DNA of 64,000 nt from Gemmatimonadota bacterium (GTDB lineage: Bacteria; Latescibacterota; UBA2968; UBA8231), in NCBI GenBank assembly GCA_038153405.1, contig JAYOYH010000002.1, forward strand, positions 64,001-128,000, written 5' to 3'. The notes below the pieces were generated by a model. It had not been told where the DNA came from. It did no database searches and was given only the letters and a program-made list of their open reading frames with translations. Positions 49,804 through 59,504 of the stretch are shown piece by piece. Each line of letters opens with the position of its first letter. Position 1 is the stretch's first letter. Both the position numbers and the translations under genes were made by a program.

Positions 49804-51714
49804 ATGGGCAAGGTTATAGGCATCGATTTGGGCACGACCAACTCGTGCGTAGCCGTGATGGACGGCGGCACCCCCGAAGTCATCTCCAACGCGGAAGGCG
49901 GCCGCACGACCCCGTCGATGGTCGCCTTTGCCAAAGACGGCGAGCGCCTAGTAGGCCAAACGGCCAAGCGCCAGGCCGTTACCAATCCGACCAAGACCAT
50001 CTTTTCGGTCAAACGCTTTATGGGTCGGCGCTTTGACGAAGTGGAAACGGAGATCAACGAAGTTCCCTATACCGTGGCAAAGGGCCCGCGCGACCAAGCC
50101 ATCGTGCGGATTGATGACAAAGACTACAATCCGCCGGAGATTTCGGCGATGATCCTGCAGAAGATGAAGCAGACGGCCGAGGATTTTTTAGGCCAGACCG
50201 TCGACCGGGCGGTAATTACCGTACCCGCCTATTTCAACGATTCGCAGCGCCAGGCCACCAAGGACGCCGGCACGATCGCCGGCCTCGAAGTCATGCGCAT
50301 CGTCAACGAGCCAACCGCCGCCGCACTGGCCTATGGCTTGGACAAAGTCGGCAGCAATGAGAAAATTGCCGTATACGATCTGGGCGGTGGCACGTTCGAC
50401 ATATCCATTCTCGAACTCGGCGATGGCGTATTCGAAGTCAAATCCACCAATGGCGACACCCACCTGGGCGGCGACGACTTTGACCAGAAGATCATCGACT
50501 GGCTCGCAGGGGAGTTTCAGAAGACCGAGGGCATTGATTTGCGCAAGGACCCCATGGCCCTGCAGCGCATGAAAGAGGCGGCTGAAAAGGCCAAGTGCGA
50601 GCTTTCCTCTTCCACGCAGACCGAAATTAACCTGCCCTTTATCACCGCTGACCAGTCGGGGCCCAAGCACCTGCAAACGAGCCTGAGTCGCGCGCAGTTT
50701 GAGCGCATCGTAGCCGATCTGGTCGAGCGCACAAAGAGACCGTGCATTCAGGCCCTAGCCGATGCCGAACTGTCCGCCTCCGAGATCGACCAAGTCATTT
50801 TGGTGGGGGGCTCGACGCGCATTCCCAAAATTCAGGAAACGGTTCGCGAAGTCTTCGGCAAGGAGCCACACAGAGGCGTCAACCCGGACGAGGTAGTCGC
50901 AATGGGCGCCGCCATCCAAGCCGGCGTATTGGCTGGCGAGGTCGAAGACGTGCTGCTGCTCGACGTAACCCCCCTGTCCCTCGGCATCGAAACGATGGGC
51001 GGCGTTATGACCAAGCTCATCGAGCGCAATACGACGATACCAACGAAGAAGAGTCAAGTCTTCTCCACGGCGTCCGACAATCAGCCCTCTGTCGAGGTCC
51101 ACGTGCTGCAGGGCGAGCGCGAGTTTGCCAACGACAACCGCAGCCTAGGCCGCTTCCACCTCGACGGCATCCCCTCCGCTCCGCGCGGCATGCCGCAAAT
51201 CGAGGTGACTTTCGACATCGACGCCAACGGCATTCTCAACGTATCGGCTAAGGATAAAGGCACCAACAAAGAGCAGTCGATTCGCATCGAAGCCTCTTCT
51301 GGCCTCGACCAGAGCGAGATCGAGCGCATGCAAAAGGACGCCGAAGCGCATGCCGGGGAAGACAAGAAACGCCGCGAGTCGGTCGACCGACGCAACGAAG
51401 CCGATCAGCTGGTCTACGCGACAGAGAAATCGCTCAGCGAGCACGGCGACAAGATCTCCGAGGAAGAGAAGAAAGCCGTCGAAGATGCGATTAACGCCTT
51501 GAAAAAGGCGCTTGAGGACAATGACGAAGAAGCCATTAAGAATGGCTTAGAAACGCTCCAGCAGGCCTCGCACAAGCTAGCTGAAGTCATCTACAAGGAC
51601 GCCCAAGCGCAGCAGCAGACCGCTGACTCCAACGGCGACCAAGAAGCGGCCAACGGCGGCGACGACGGCGCAGTCGATGCCGATTACGAAGTCGTGGAAG
51701 ACGACAAAAAGTAG
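49804..51714 (+). CDS. dnaK: Chaperone DnaK
   Basis: 'GIDLGTTNS', 'TVPAYFND', 'DLGGGTFD', C-terminal 'VDADYEVV'. Confidence 0.99.
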   Translation: MGKVIGIDLGTTNSCVAVMDGGTPEVISNAEGGRTTPSMVAFAKDGERLVGQTAKRQAVTNPTKTIFSVKRFMGRRFDEVETEINEVPYTVAKGPRDQAIVRIDDKDYNPPEISAMILQKMKQTAEDFLGQTVDRAVITVPAYFNDSQRQATKDAGTIAGLEVMRIVNEPTAAALAYGLDKVGSNEKIAVYDLGGGTFDISILELGDGVFEVKSTNGDTHLGGDDFDQKIIDWLAGEFQKTEGIDLRKDPMALQRMKEAAEKAKCELSSSTQTEINLPFITADQSGPKHLQTSLSRAQFERIVADLVERTKRPCIQALADAELSASEIDQVILVGGSTRIPKIQETVREVFGKEPHRGVNPDEVVAMGAAIQAGVLAGEVEDVLLLDVTPLSLGIETMGGVMTKLIERNTTIPTKKSQVFSTASDNQPSVEVHVLQGEREFANDNRSLGRFHLDGIPSAPRGMPQIEVTFDIDANGILNVSAKDKGTNKEQSIRIEASSGLDQSEIERMQKDAEAHAGEDKKRRESVDRRNEADQLVYATEKSLSEHGDKISEEEKKAVEDAINALKKALEDNDEEAIKNGLETLQQASHKLAEVIYKDAQAQQQTADSNGDQEAANGGDDGAVDADYEVVEDDKK

Positions 51715-51743
51715 TCGACGACAGGGCACGCCCAGAAAAGGCA

Positions 51744-51780
51744 AGCGGGGGATGCCGTGTGGCATCCCCCGCTCTTTTTT
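51744..51780 (+). terminator. Intrinsic terminator after dnaK
   Basis: 13-bp arms agcgggggatgcc / ggcatcccccgct plus T-tract. Confidence 0.85.
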
Positions 51781-51803
51781 GGGCGTGCTGTATACCCCTC
51801 GAC

Positions 51804-52841
51804 TCAGCCGTCGGCCGGCATGAACATCAGCTTAATGCCCTCCTGAGCTTCCGCCAGGGAAAACGCCTGCTCCCACTCGGACAGGCGCAGGTGGTGAGTA
51901 ATCAGCTTTTCGCTGGGAATCCGCCCGCTCTCCATCAAACGCAATGCGCGCTTCCAAGCCGGACGCCGCTGGCCGATTCCGCCGCTGACCTGCAGTTCCT
52001 TGTAGGCAATTTTCTCAAGGTCGATTTCGATGGGCTTGCCCGGCAACCCCATCAGCGACACGCGCCCCCGCTTGCGCACCAACTCCAGTGCCAGGCGCAT
52101 GGCCGGCGCCGCACCGGCGCACTCAACCACCACATCGGCTCCATAGCCGCCGGTCAACTCGCGCACCCGTTGCACCGCGTCGCAGGCATCGATATTGATG
52201 ACGTGTTGCACGCCCAACTCTTTGGCCAAACGCAGTCGTCGCTCGTCTCGTTCGGTGCCGAGAAGGACGACGGTCCCGCCCTCGGCCAGTGCCACCAGAG
52301 CCGCAAATAAGCCCACCGGTCCCGGACCGGTAATCGCCACGAAATCACCGGCAATCACACCGGCCTGTTCCGTGACGGAATGGACGCAGCAGGCGAGCAA
52401 CTCCGTCAATGCACCTGCCTCAAATCCGACCGATTCCGGCAGCTTATGCACAAAGGTCGCATCGCAGTAGGGTGCAAAGCACCCATCATGCCAGTAGCCC
52501 ATAACTTTGCGCTCGGGACACAGATTGTAGTGTTCGGACAGGCAGTAATCGCAGCGACCACAAATATCTATGCTCGGCTCGCCCGTGACGCGATCGCCCA
52601 GCGCAATGTGATCGCCCACCTCAGTCCCCTTGTCGACGACCACGCCACTGAACTCGTGTCCCATGACGACAGGCGTGCGGATAGTGTAGTTAATTGTGTC
52701 GTGATAGACGTGCAGATCCGACCCGCAAATACCCGTCGCACGCACTTCGATGCGCACCTGATTGGCGGGCAGAACCCGCTCTTCAACAGCCCGCAGCGCT
52801 ACGTGCCCACTGCCGCGGGCATATTTAACAATACCCTGCAT
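51804..52841 (-). CDS. Zinc-binding alcohol/polyol dehydrogenase (MDR)
   Basis: 'GICGSDLH', 'GHEFSG', 'CGRCDYC......NLC', 'GPGPVG'. Confidence 0.93.
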   Translation of the reverse strand: MQGIVKYARGSGHVALRAVEERVLPANQVRIEVRATGICGSDLHVYHDTINYTIRTPVVMGHEFSGVVVDKGTEVGDHIALGDRVTGEPSIDICGRCDYCLSEHYNLCPERKVMGYWHDGCFAPYCDATFVHKLPESVGFEAGALTELLACCVHSVTEQAGVIAGDFVAITGPGPVGLFAALVALAEGGTVVLLGTERDERRLRLAKELGVQHVINIDACDAVQRVRELTGGYGADVVVECAGAAPAMRLALELVRKRGRVSLMGLPGKPIEIDLEKIAYKELQVSGGIGQRRPAWKRALRLMESGRIPSEKLITHHLRLSEWEQAFSLAEAQEGIKLMFMPADG

Positions 52842-53239
52842 TGCATATCCCTTTCTCCACACTGCGCGCATGGGCGGGCCCGACGAGCTCGACCAACACA
52901 GGCAATGAACGGTTCTCCAAACGACATAATACCGCGCCCAGCCATTTTGGGCCGGCGTTCTTGGCACTTTCGGCTGATTTACTTATCTTATTTTTTACTT
53001 ATAGATAAAATAGCCTTCTCCTTTATCTAACCAGTTCGCTTTATTCTCCTTATTGATATAAATTACCTTACGGAGAGAATAAGCAAGCGTTACAGTTGCG
53101 ACTTCTTGATCAGTTCGTACAAACAAGCAAAAAGAGCTTGGTTTTATTCGCTCTGAGGATCGACCATTGATTACTGTTGCTATACGAGTGCCTCACTCAC
53201 AACACTTGATCCTTTGATGAGTGCGATTCGGCTGTGACT

Positions 53240-53788
53240 ATGCGCTGTCCATTCACCGTGCTTTTGGCGCTGGTGTTATCGACCGTGCTCTGTGCCCCAT
53301 CATCGGCCCAGGGTCCGTCAGAACACCAAGTCAAAGCTGCGTTCCTCTACAACTTTGCCAACTTCGTGGAGTGGCCTGTTTCTGCCCTTGACGATACATC
53401 GTCTATCGTCATCGGTATTCTCGGGGAAGATCCTTTTGGTCTGGCATTCGCCCCCTTTAAAGATCGCACCGTAAAAGGCCACCCCCTGCGCATAATCCGC
53501 TCAAAACGCCTGCAAGAACTCCCCTTTTGTCACATCCTCTTCATAAGTTCCTCAGAAGAAAAAAACCTACCGCAAATTTTTCATCACCTAGGCGATAAGT
53601 CCGTTCTAACCGTCGGCGAATCTCCCGGATTTGCCCAGCGCGGCGGCGCGGTCAACTTCGTGATGAAAAATAAAAAAGTGCGGTTTGAAATCAACCAGCA
53701 GCGGGCGACAACGGCCAACCTGAAGATCAGTTCAAAGCTACTCAAACTCGCAGATATAGTCGAGGGGGTTTCGGAGGGGGTTGACTGA
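53240..53788 (+). CDS. YfiR/HmsC-family (DUF4154) periplasmic protein
   Basis: Signal peptide; 'E.QVKAAFLYNFANFVEWP', 'VRFEIN', 'ISSKLLKLA'. Confidence 0.9.
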   Translation: MRCPFTVLLALVLSTVLCAPSSAQGPSEHQVKAAFLYNFANFVEWPVSALDDTSSIVIGILGEDPFGLAFAPFKDRTVKGHPLRIIRSKRLQELPFCHILFISSSEEKNLPQIFHHLGDKSVLTVGESPGFAQRGGAVNFVMKNKKVRFEINQQRATTANLKISSKLLKLADIVEGVSEGVD

Positions 53789-55200
53789 TGGTCTCCTTTC
53801 GCGACGTATCCATCAAGCGCAAGCTAACCACCATTATCCTGCTTTCAAGCAGCATCGCGCTCGTTCTGTCCTGTGCGGCACTGGCCACTTACGACTGGAT
53901 TTCCTACGAGCGTGCGCTCATTAACCGCATCCGCACAATGGCTGAAATCCTCGGCCTCAACAGCACGGCGGCACTGGCATTCGACAACGCACAAGACGCA
54001 CAAGAGACGCTCTCGGCCCTCCGCGTTAAACCGCATGTCGTCGCAGCCTATATATACGGCGCCGACGGCGGTTTATTCGCTACGTATTCGCCCACGGGAC
54101 AGGCCTTTACTCCTGCGAACCTGCGGGAAGACAACCACCACTTCGTCGATAACCAACTGCACCTGCTGCACATCATACAACTCGACGGGCTACAAGTAGG
54201 CTCGATCTACATCATAACGGATCTCAGCGAGATGCAAGACCGCCTACTGCGCTATGCTGGTATCGTTGCACTTGCCATACTCATCGCCTCGATCGGGTCT
54301 TTTTTGGTGGGTGCACGCCTGCGCGACCAAATTTCTACGCCGCTATTAAGCCTGGCGGCGCAAATGCGCATCGTCTCCAGCGCGCAGGACTACAGCGTGC
54401 GCGCTCAGAGTCACAGCCGCGACGAACTCGGCGAGCTGATTGACGGATTCAACGACATGCTGGAACAAATACAGGATCGCGACGCCGCCTTGATCCAGGC
54501 GCGCGACGACCTTTCGAAAAAGGCCGAAGAACTGCAGCTCGAACTGGTAGAGCGCCATCGCATTGAAGCACAGATAACGGCGTCGCTCGAAGAAAAAGAA
54601 GTGCTCCTAAAAGAGATACACCACCGCGTGAAAAATAACCTGCAGGTCATATCCAGCCTGCTCGACCTTCAGGCCAACAATATCCGCGACGAGCACACAG
54701 TAGCCATGTTCCGCGATAGCCAAAACCGCATCACTTCTATGGGGCTCATACACGAGCGACTCTATCAAGCCAGCGACCTGGCGCGCATTGAGTTTTCCGA
54801 ATACATCGCCGAGCTCACGCAAAGCCTATATCAGTCCTACTCCACCAACGCCCAAAACGTCCGTATGTCTACGACGGCGGAAACCATTTCCCTCGACGTA
54901 GACACCAGTATTCCTTGTGGCTTGATCATTAATGAATTAGTTTCCAACGCGCTCAAGTACGCATTCCCAGATGGACGAGAGGGATGCATTAACGTAGAGC
55001 TAGAGAAGTGCGAGGCGAACCAATTGCTGCTGGTTGTTAGGGATGACGGCATAGGCCTGCCGGAGGAATTCGACGCGAGCAAGACGCAGTCATTGGGTCT
55101 TAAGCTCGTGCACACGCTTGTCCGACAGCTGAGAGGCACGCTGGAAATCTCCAGTTCCCATGGAGCAAGATTTTCCATTCGCTTCCCCATCAAAAGCTAG
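53788..55200 (+). CDS. Membrane sensor histidine kinase (periplasmic sensor, HAMP, HisKA_2)
   Basis: Two TMs; YfiN-like 'AALAFDN...AQETL.AL'; HAMP 'DELGELIDGFNDML'; 'EIHHRVKNNLQ'; 'NELVSNALKYAF', 'DDGIG'. Confidence 0.92.
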   Translation: MVSFRDVSIKRKLTTIILLSSSIALVLSCAALATYDWISYERALINRIRTMAEILGLNSTAALAFDNAQDAQETLSALRVKPHVVAAYIYGADGGLFATYSPTGQAFTPANLREDNHHFVDNQLHLLHIIQLDGLQVGSIYIITDLSEMQDRLLRYAGIVALAILIASIGSFLVGARLRDQISTPLLSLAAQMRIVSSAQDYSVRAQSHSRDELGELIDGFNDMLEQIQDRDAALIQARDDLSKKAEELQLELVERHRIEAQITASLEEKEVLLKEIHHRVKNNLQVISSLLDLQANNIRDEHTVAMFRDSQNRITSMGLIHERLYQASDLARIEFSEYIAELTQSLYQSYSTNAQNVRMSTTAETISLDVDTSIPCGLIINELVSNALKYAFPDGREGCINVELEKCEANQLLLVVRDDGIGLPEEFDASKTQSLGLKLVHTLVRQLRGTLEISSSHGARFSIRFPIKS

Positions 55201-55218
55201 TGGCACAGGAGCGATGAG

Positions 55219-56823
55219 GTGTCGGCGAAACGCATTATGGTCGTCGAGGACGAGGCTATTGTAGCGCTCGATCTCCAGAGTAAGCTCGAGGATAAGGGCT
55301 ACGAAGTGCCCGCCGTCTTGGCCACGGGAGAAGATGCCATCAAGATGGCCGGGGAACTCTTGCCCGACCTAATCCTCATGGACATTAACCTAGCCGGCCA
55401 ACTAGACGGCACGGAGGCGGCCGAGCAAATACACCGACAATACGACATACCGGTAGTCTACCTGACTGCCTTTTCGGATCAGAAAACGCTCGAAAGAGCC
55501 AAGGGCGCAGCTCCTTTTGGCTACATGCTCAAGCCATTTGAGGAGAAAAAGCTCTATGCCACGATCGAAATCGCGCTTTACAAACACCAATCCGATCGCG
55601 AAAAAAAGCTGCTTGAAGCGCAGCTGAGCCAATCGAGAAAAATGGAGGCAATCGGTCGCCTGACGGCCGGCATGGCCTACCATTTTACCAATATTTTACA
55701 GGGCATACAGGGCAACCTCGACTTGGCCATGCTCAACGCTTCGGATCAGCTACGGCCCTTTCTCGACGCGGCCGACTACGACACACAGCGCGCGGCACAA
55801 GCCCTTAAACAACTGTTGGCATTTTACCATAGGGAAAATCTCCCGCACGCGTCCGTCGACGTGCGCTCCGTCGTCAGCGATGTCGCCGACACCTGTCGCA
55901 ACGTATTTGCCCGCAACCAGCGCCGCATGGTAGAGTTGAAAGTCGAGTCAGACGACGGCCCCATCGCCGTCTACGGCGATGCCAACCAGCTGCGCCAGAG
56001 CCTTTCCAACCTGTGCATCAATGCCCGCGATGCACTCGAAGCCCTACCCGCAGACGACGCGCGCACAGCGCGCATCGTGCTCGCATCTCGAGTAGTGGAG
56101 TTGCAAACGCTGCCGGCGTCGGCGCACGCACATGCCACGCCGGGTTCCTACGTGCAGCTGAGCGTAAACGACAACGGAATCGGCATGGACGACGAATCGC
56201 AAGAACACCTCTTCGAGCCGTTTTATTCGAACGTCGACATCGAACACGGAAAGGGTCTCAGCCTAGCGGCGACGTACTCGATCGTCAACGAACACCAGGG
56301 TTGGATAACGTGCGATAGCACGCCGGGACAGGGTACGACCATCTCTATCTATCTACCCGTGCAAACAGACCAACAGTTCGCGGCAGAACGCGCGCGTAGC
56401 TCCCCCGAAATCATCACCAGCGACGATGCAATCTTCGACACCGACAGGCTGCGCGGCGCGGAAAAAATTCTCATCATCGCCGACGGCGACCGCGGCCGCC
56501 GCGTCCTATCGGCCATGCTGGAACACCACGGCTACGATGTGCTCGTCGGCCTAGATATCCGCGACGGCCTAAACCTATTTGAGCTGGCGCACCATGACGT
56601 ATCGCTCGTTGTGCTCGACCTATCGCAAACCAGCAATTCCGCGCGCGAAATTCTCGACCAAATTATAGCTGTAGACCCAGATGCGCGCATCTTAGCGACG
56701 ACGGGCTACACGCAGGACAGCACGCCGTGGCGGGGCGCGCACGCCGTGCTCAACAAGCCCTTTAAGACCCACCACTTGTTGCGCACTGTGCGCCGTATCA
56801 TCGACGGGAATGCTAGCCCCTAA
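55219..56823 (+). CDS. REC-HK-REC hybrid, kinase core degenerate
   Basis: N-terminal REC 'VVEDE..ILMDI..KPF'; H-box reads 'AGMAYHFTN'; 'NLCINARDA', 'DNGIG'; degenerate C-terminal REC. Confidence 0.85.
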   Translation: MSAKRIMVVEDEAIVALDLQSKLEDKGYEVPAVLATGEDAIKMAGELLPDLILMDINLAGQLDGTEAAEQIHRQYDIPVVYLTAFSDQKTLERAKGAAPFGYMLKPFEEKKLYATIEIALYKHQSDREKKLLEAQLSQSRKMEAIGRLTAGMAYHFTNILQGIQGNLDLAMLNASDQLRPFLDAADYDTQRAAQALKQLLAFYHRENLPHASVDVRSVVSDVADTCRNVFARNQRRMVELKVESDDGPIAVYGDANQLRQSLSNLCINARDALEALPADDARTARIVLASRVVELQTLPASAHAHATPGSYVQLSVNDNGIGMDDESQEHLFEPFYSNVDIEHGKGLSLAATYSIVNEHQGWITCDSTPGQGTTISIYLPVQTDQQFAAERARSSPEIITSDDAIFDTDRLRGAEKILIIADGDRGRRVLSAMLEHHGYDVLVGLDIRDGLNLFELAHHDVSLVVLDLSQTSNSAREILDQIIAVDPDARILATTGYTQDSTPWRGAHAVLNKPFKTHHLLRTVRRIIDGNASP

Positions 56824-56990
56824 CCACGGCCAATGCAGCCTGTACGGCCGCACCGCAAACGCCCTACGCCGCATACAAAGCTGACTGTGGTCCGTGCAGA
56901 CGCCGATCGGACGGGCCGCAGACTTGCTCCATTTACAGGGCAAACCTTATATTTTGCTCGCCCGCTTGCCCACATAGCTTCTTGTCGCAT

Positions 56991-57066
56991 GCCGCTTTAG
57001 CTCAACTGGTAGAGCACCTGACTTGTAATCAGGAGGTTACGGGTTCGATTCCCGTAGGCGGCTCCA
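56991..57066 (+). tRNA. tRNA-Thr (TGT)
   Basis: Acceptor GCCGCTT/AGGCGGC, anticodon arm CCTGA-CTTGTAA-TCAGG, T-loop GGTTCGATT, encoded CCA. Confidence 0.97.
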
Positions 57067-57091
57067 TTTTATCCCCCACCACCCACGGCGG

Positions 57092-57874
57092 CTATTTCAG
57101 CACGGCGCGCGCTCTATCGGCCATCTCGCCAATACCAAATTGCAGCATCCGCACCGCCGCTCCAAAGCCGCCAAACTGCATGCCACACTGGTGCAATTTC
57201 TCCAGCATACTCGTTCCAACAAAGTGGCTACCGGCTATTTTGCCGTGCGTTCGACAGGCCTCGACGAGGCGCTCGGCCACCGCAAGGATGCGCGGATGTT
57301 CCACTTGTCCGGGCACGCCGAGCGCAATACTCAAATCGCCGGGCCCCATATAGAGCATGTCGACGCCAGGGACGGCCGCAAGCTCATCCAGGCAATCGAC
57401 CGCCTTCTGCGTCTCTATTTGCACGATAGTCAGCAGGTTCTCGTTGGCTTCCCGCATATACTCTACCAAATCTTCCGGTGCAGCAAACTCGTTGTGGGGC
57501 CGTGCAAAGTGGGCGCCGCGCTGTCCCAGCGGCGGGTACTTTGAATATTCCACTGCGCGCTCGACGTCGGCCACGGTATTGGCCATCGGCACCATGACCC
57601 CTTCGGCTCCCGCGTCGAGCGCCCGCATAATCTCTCCCCGGTCCGGGCCGGATACGCGCACGAGTGGACATACGCCCCAGCGCTTACCCGCATCGATTTG
57701 CTGGGCGATGTCCAGCGGATTCCAGTAGCCGTGTTCGTTGTCCACCAACATAAAGTCGAAGTGCGCCTGCTGCAGAAAGCGCGCCAGCGCCGGCGTGCGC
57801 AGTTCTACTACAAACGTTCCCATGGCAAAATGGCCCTCTTTGATGCGCTGGCGCACCGCAGCTGCTAATCGCAT
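57092..57874 (-). CDS. HpcH/HpaI aldolase family
   Basis: 'VDNEHG', 'LDAGAEGVMVP', 'YPPLGQRG', 'QIET', 'GPGDLS'. Confidence 0.92.
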   Translation of the reverse strand: MRLAAAVRQRIKEGHFAMGTFVVELRTPALARFLQQAHFDFMLVDNEHGYWNPLDIAQQIDAGKRWGVCPLVRVSGPDRGEIMRALDAGAEGVMVPMANTVADVERAVEYSKYPPLGQRGAHFARPHNEFAAPEDLVEYMREANENLLTIVQIETQKAVDCLDELAAVPGVDMLYMGPGDLSIALGVPGQVEHPRILAVAERLVEACRTHGKIAGSHFVGTSMLEKLHQCGMQFGGFGAAVRMLQFGIGEMADRARAVLK

Positions 57875-57933
57875 AATTACTCCTTTGCAGTTTGTGCTTT
57901 ACTATTCTACAAGCCGCTTTTATTATAGCGCTT

Positions 57934-58695
57934 ATGGCTCATCTAACCCCATTGCGTCAGCCCCTCTTCTGGCTCGTACTCTTCCTATTTGCTGGCTCGA
58001 CAGACGCCGTGACGACCTATCGCGGAAGCGCGACCTATCTGACGGTCTGGGGCACTAATATCCGCTTTCCCACTTTCAACAAAGAGTTCAGTGAAGGAGC
58101 CGGCACCCTACGCGTGGGGGGCACCGAACAGCTCTTCCTCGATTCCGACAGCCAGGCGATCGGCCTGCGCCTCACGCGCGAGTATATTCGTCCGAATGGT
58201 TCCGGATTGGGCTTCTCCATTTCCGCCTGGCGCGGCTCGTTTGCCGATGAGGCCTTCCTCTACAAACAAGAGGGCAACGAACGCTTTATCGCCGAGTACC
58301 AAGACCCCAAACACACCTACCTCTTCGCCGATCTGCACTTCGCCCTGATACCGTGGGAATCGGACGCCAAAGCGCTGGGCTTATACAGCCTGTTTAGCCT
58401 CGTCGGCGATCGCGAAACCTATCGCATCGAGCGCTATGCGCTGCGCGGCACAGATCCAACCCGCAGGGAGCGCAGTTCAGCACAGCGCAGCCACAGCGCA
58501 CTGCGCTTCGCCTTCGGCTTTGGCACGCGCCTGCACCTAGTTAAGCATATCGCCCTATGGCTGGAAAAGCGCTGGATCGTCGGCGAGCGCTTTGGCGTCG
58601 GCCAGACGCTCGGCGAGGGCGGCCTGTTTGAAGGCGGACGCCAGAAAACGCTCTACGTCCCCTTTAACTCCCTCGGCTTTTCGCTGGCATTCTGA
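57934..58695 (+). CDS. Hypothetical secreted protein, possible outer-membrane beta-barrel
   Basis: Signal peptide; amphipathic strands 'FAFGFGTRLHL'; C-terminal 'SLGFSLAF' resembling a beta-signal. Confidence 0.55.
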   Translation: MAHLTPLRQPLFWLVLFLFAGSTDAVTTYRGSATYLTVWGTNIRFPTFNKEFSEGAGTLRVGGTEQLFLDSDSQAIGLRLTREYIRPNGSGLGFSISAWRGSFADEAFLYKQEGNERFIAEYQDPKHTYLFADLHFALIPWESDAKALGLYSLFSLVGDRETYRIERYALRGTDPTRRERSSAQRSHSALRFAFGFGTRLHLVKHIALWLEKRWIVGERFGVGQTLGEGGLFEGGRQKTLYVPFNSLGFSLAF

Positions 58696-59206
58696 TCCAC
58701 TCGGCCAAATCCCACCACGGTTTATCGTCCCAAAAGCCCCGCGCAGCACCCGACGTAGACGGCAGGGTAAAAATGCGCGTCTCGGCAATGGTCTCCGACT
58801 GCAACCCATATTCAACTGGCTTACCCAAGAAGAGCGAGGCCGGGCGCTTGCCATTGAACGCCAGCGCCCGCGGCGCCCAGCGCTCTATTTTCGCGCGCAG
58901 CAGCGACGCATCGTAATCGGATGGGCGCAGTGCAGCGTCCGCTCCAGAAACCCGCTTGGCCAAATCCGTCAGACCAATGCCATAGTGAATCACTTGGGCA
59001 TAGGCGCTAGGATCCAACGCGACGGGCACCAATCCGCTGGCGTGGAGCACGTGCCAGAAGCGGTTGCCTGGCCCCGCGTAATAGGCCTCTGCCTGCGCCG
59101 AGCGCATGCCAGCTGCTGACCCGCAAAAGACCACGTCCAACCCCGACTGCAATACATCGGGCAGCGCGTCGGCCAGATGCACCCACCGATCAGCCATGCG
59201 GTCCAT
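58664..59206 (-). CDS. mug: G/U mismatch-specific DNA glycosylase
   Basis: 'LPDVL..GLDVVFCG', 'YYAGPGNRFW', 'GIGLTDL', 'LPSTSGA'. Confidence 0.9.
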   Translation of the reverse strand: MDRMADRWVHLADALPDVLQSGLDVVFCGSAAGMRSAQAEAYYAGPGNRFWHVLHASGLVPVALDPSAYAQVIHYGIGLTDLAKRVSGADAALRPSDYDASLLRAKIERWAPRALAFNGKRPASLFLGKPVEYGLQSETIAETRIFTLPSTSGAARGFWDDKPWWDLAEWIRMPAKSRGS

Positions 59207-59504
59207 GTAGCGATGGATTTTTCACACCCCAGTTCACCGCATTATACTCCATCTGCTCTCCAGCGACCATGGGCAAAAACAAAATCTTTCCACAAGGCGG
59301 CACAATATAGCCAACGCGGTCAACTGAGCCCAGCGGCGCTCCGACGGCCTTACCCGACAAACGGCGCAGGGCAGAAAAGCAGGGCGACCAAACCGTTTGC
59401 CGTTAGCTCAAACGGGCTTTCGCCTCCGCGCTATTTACTGCGTATATTTGCCCCACTTTTCAACGGTCTTCGATATTCACTGCAAACGCTTAGGAGCGCG
59501 CCGA

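Noticed and set aside
56935..56950. ACAGGGCAAACC resembling the start of a c-di-GMP-I riboswitch
   Set aside because: No GAAA tetraloop or P2 follows; it lies in the spacer of the likely tRNA promoter (TTGCTC..TATATT)
56991..57100. tRNA-Thr as a genomic island integration site
   Set aside because: No integrase and no duplicated tRNA 3' end seen in the window
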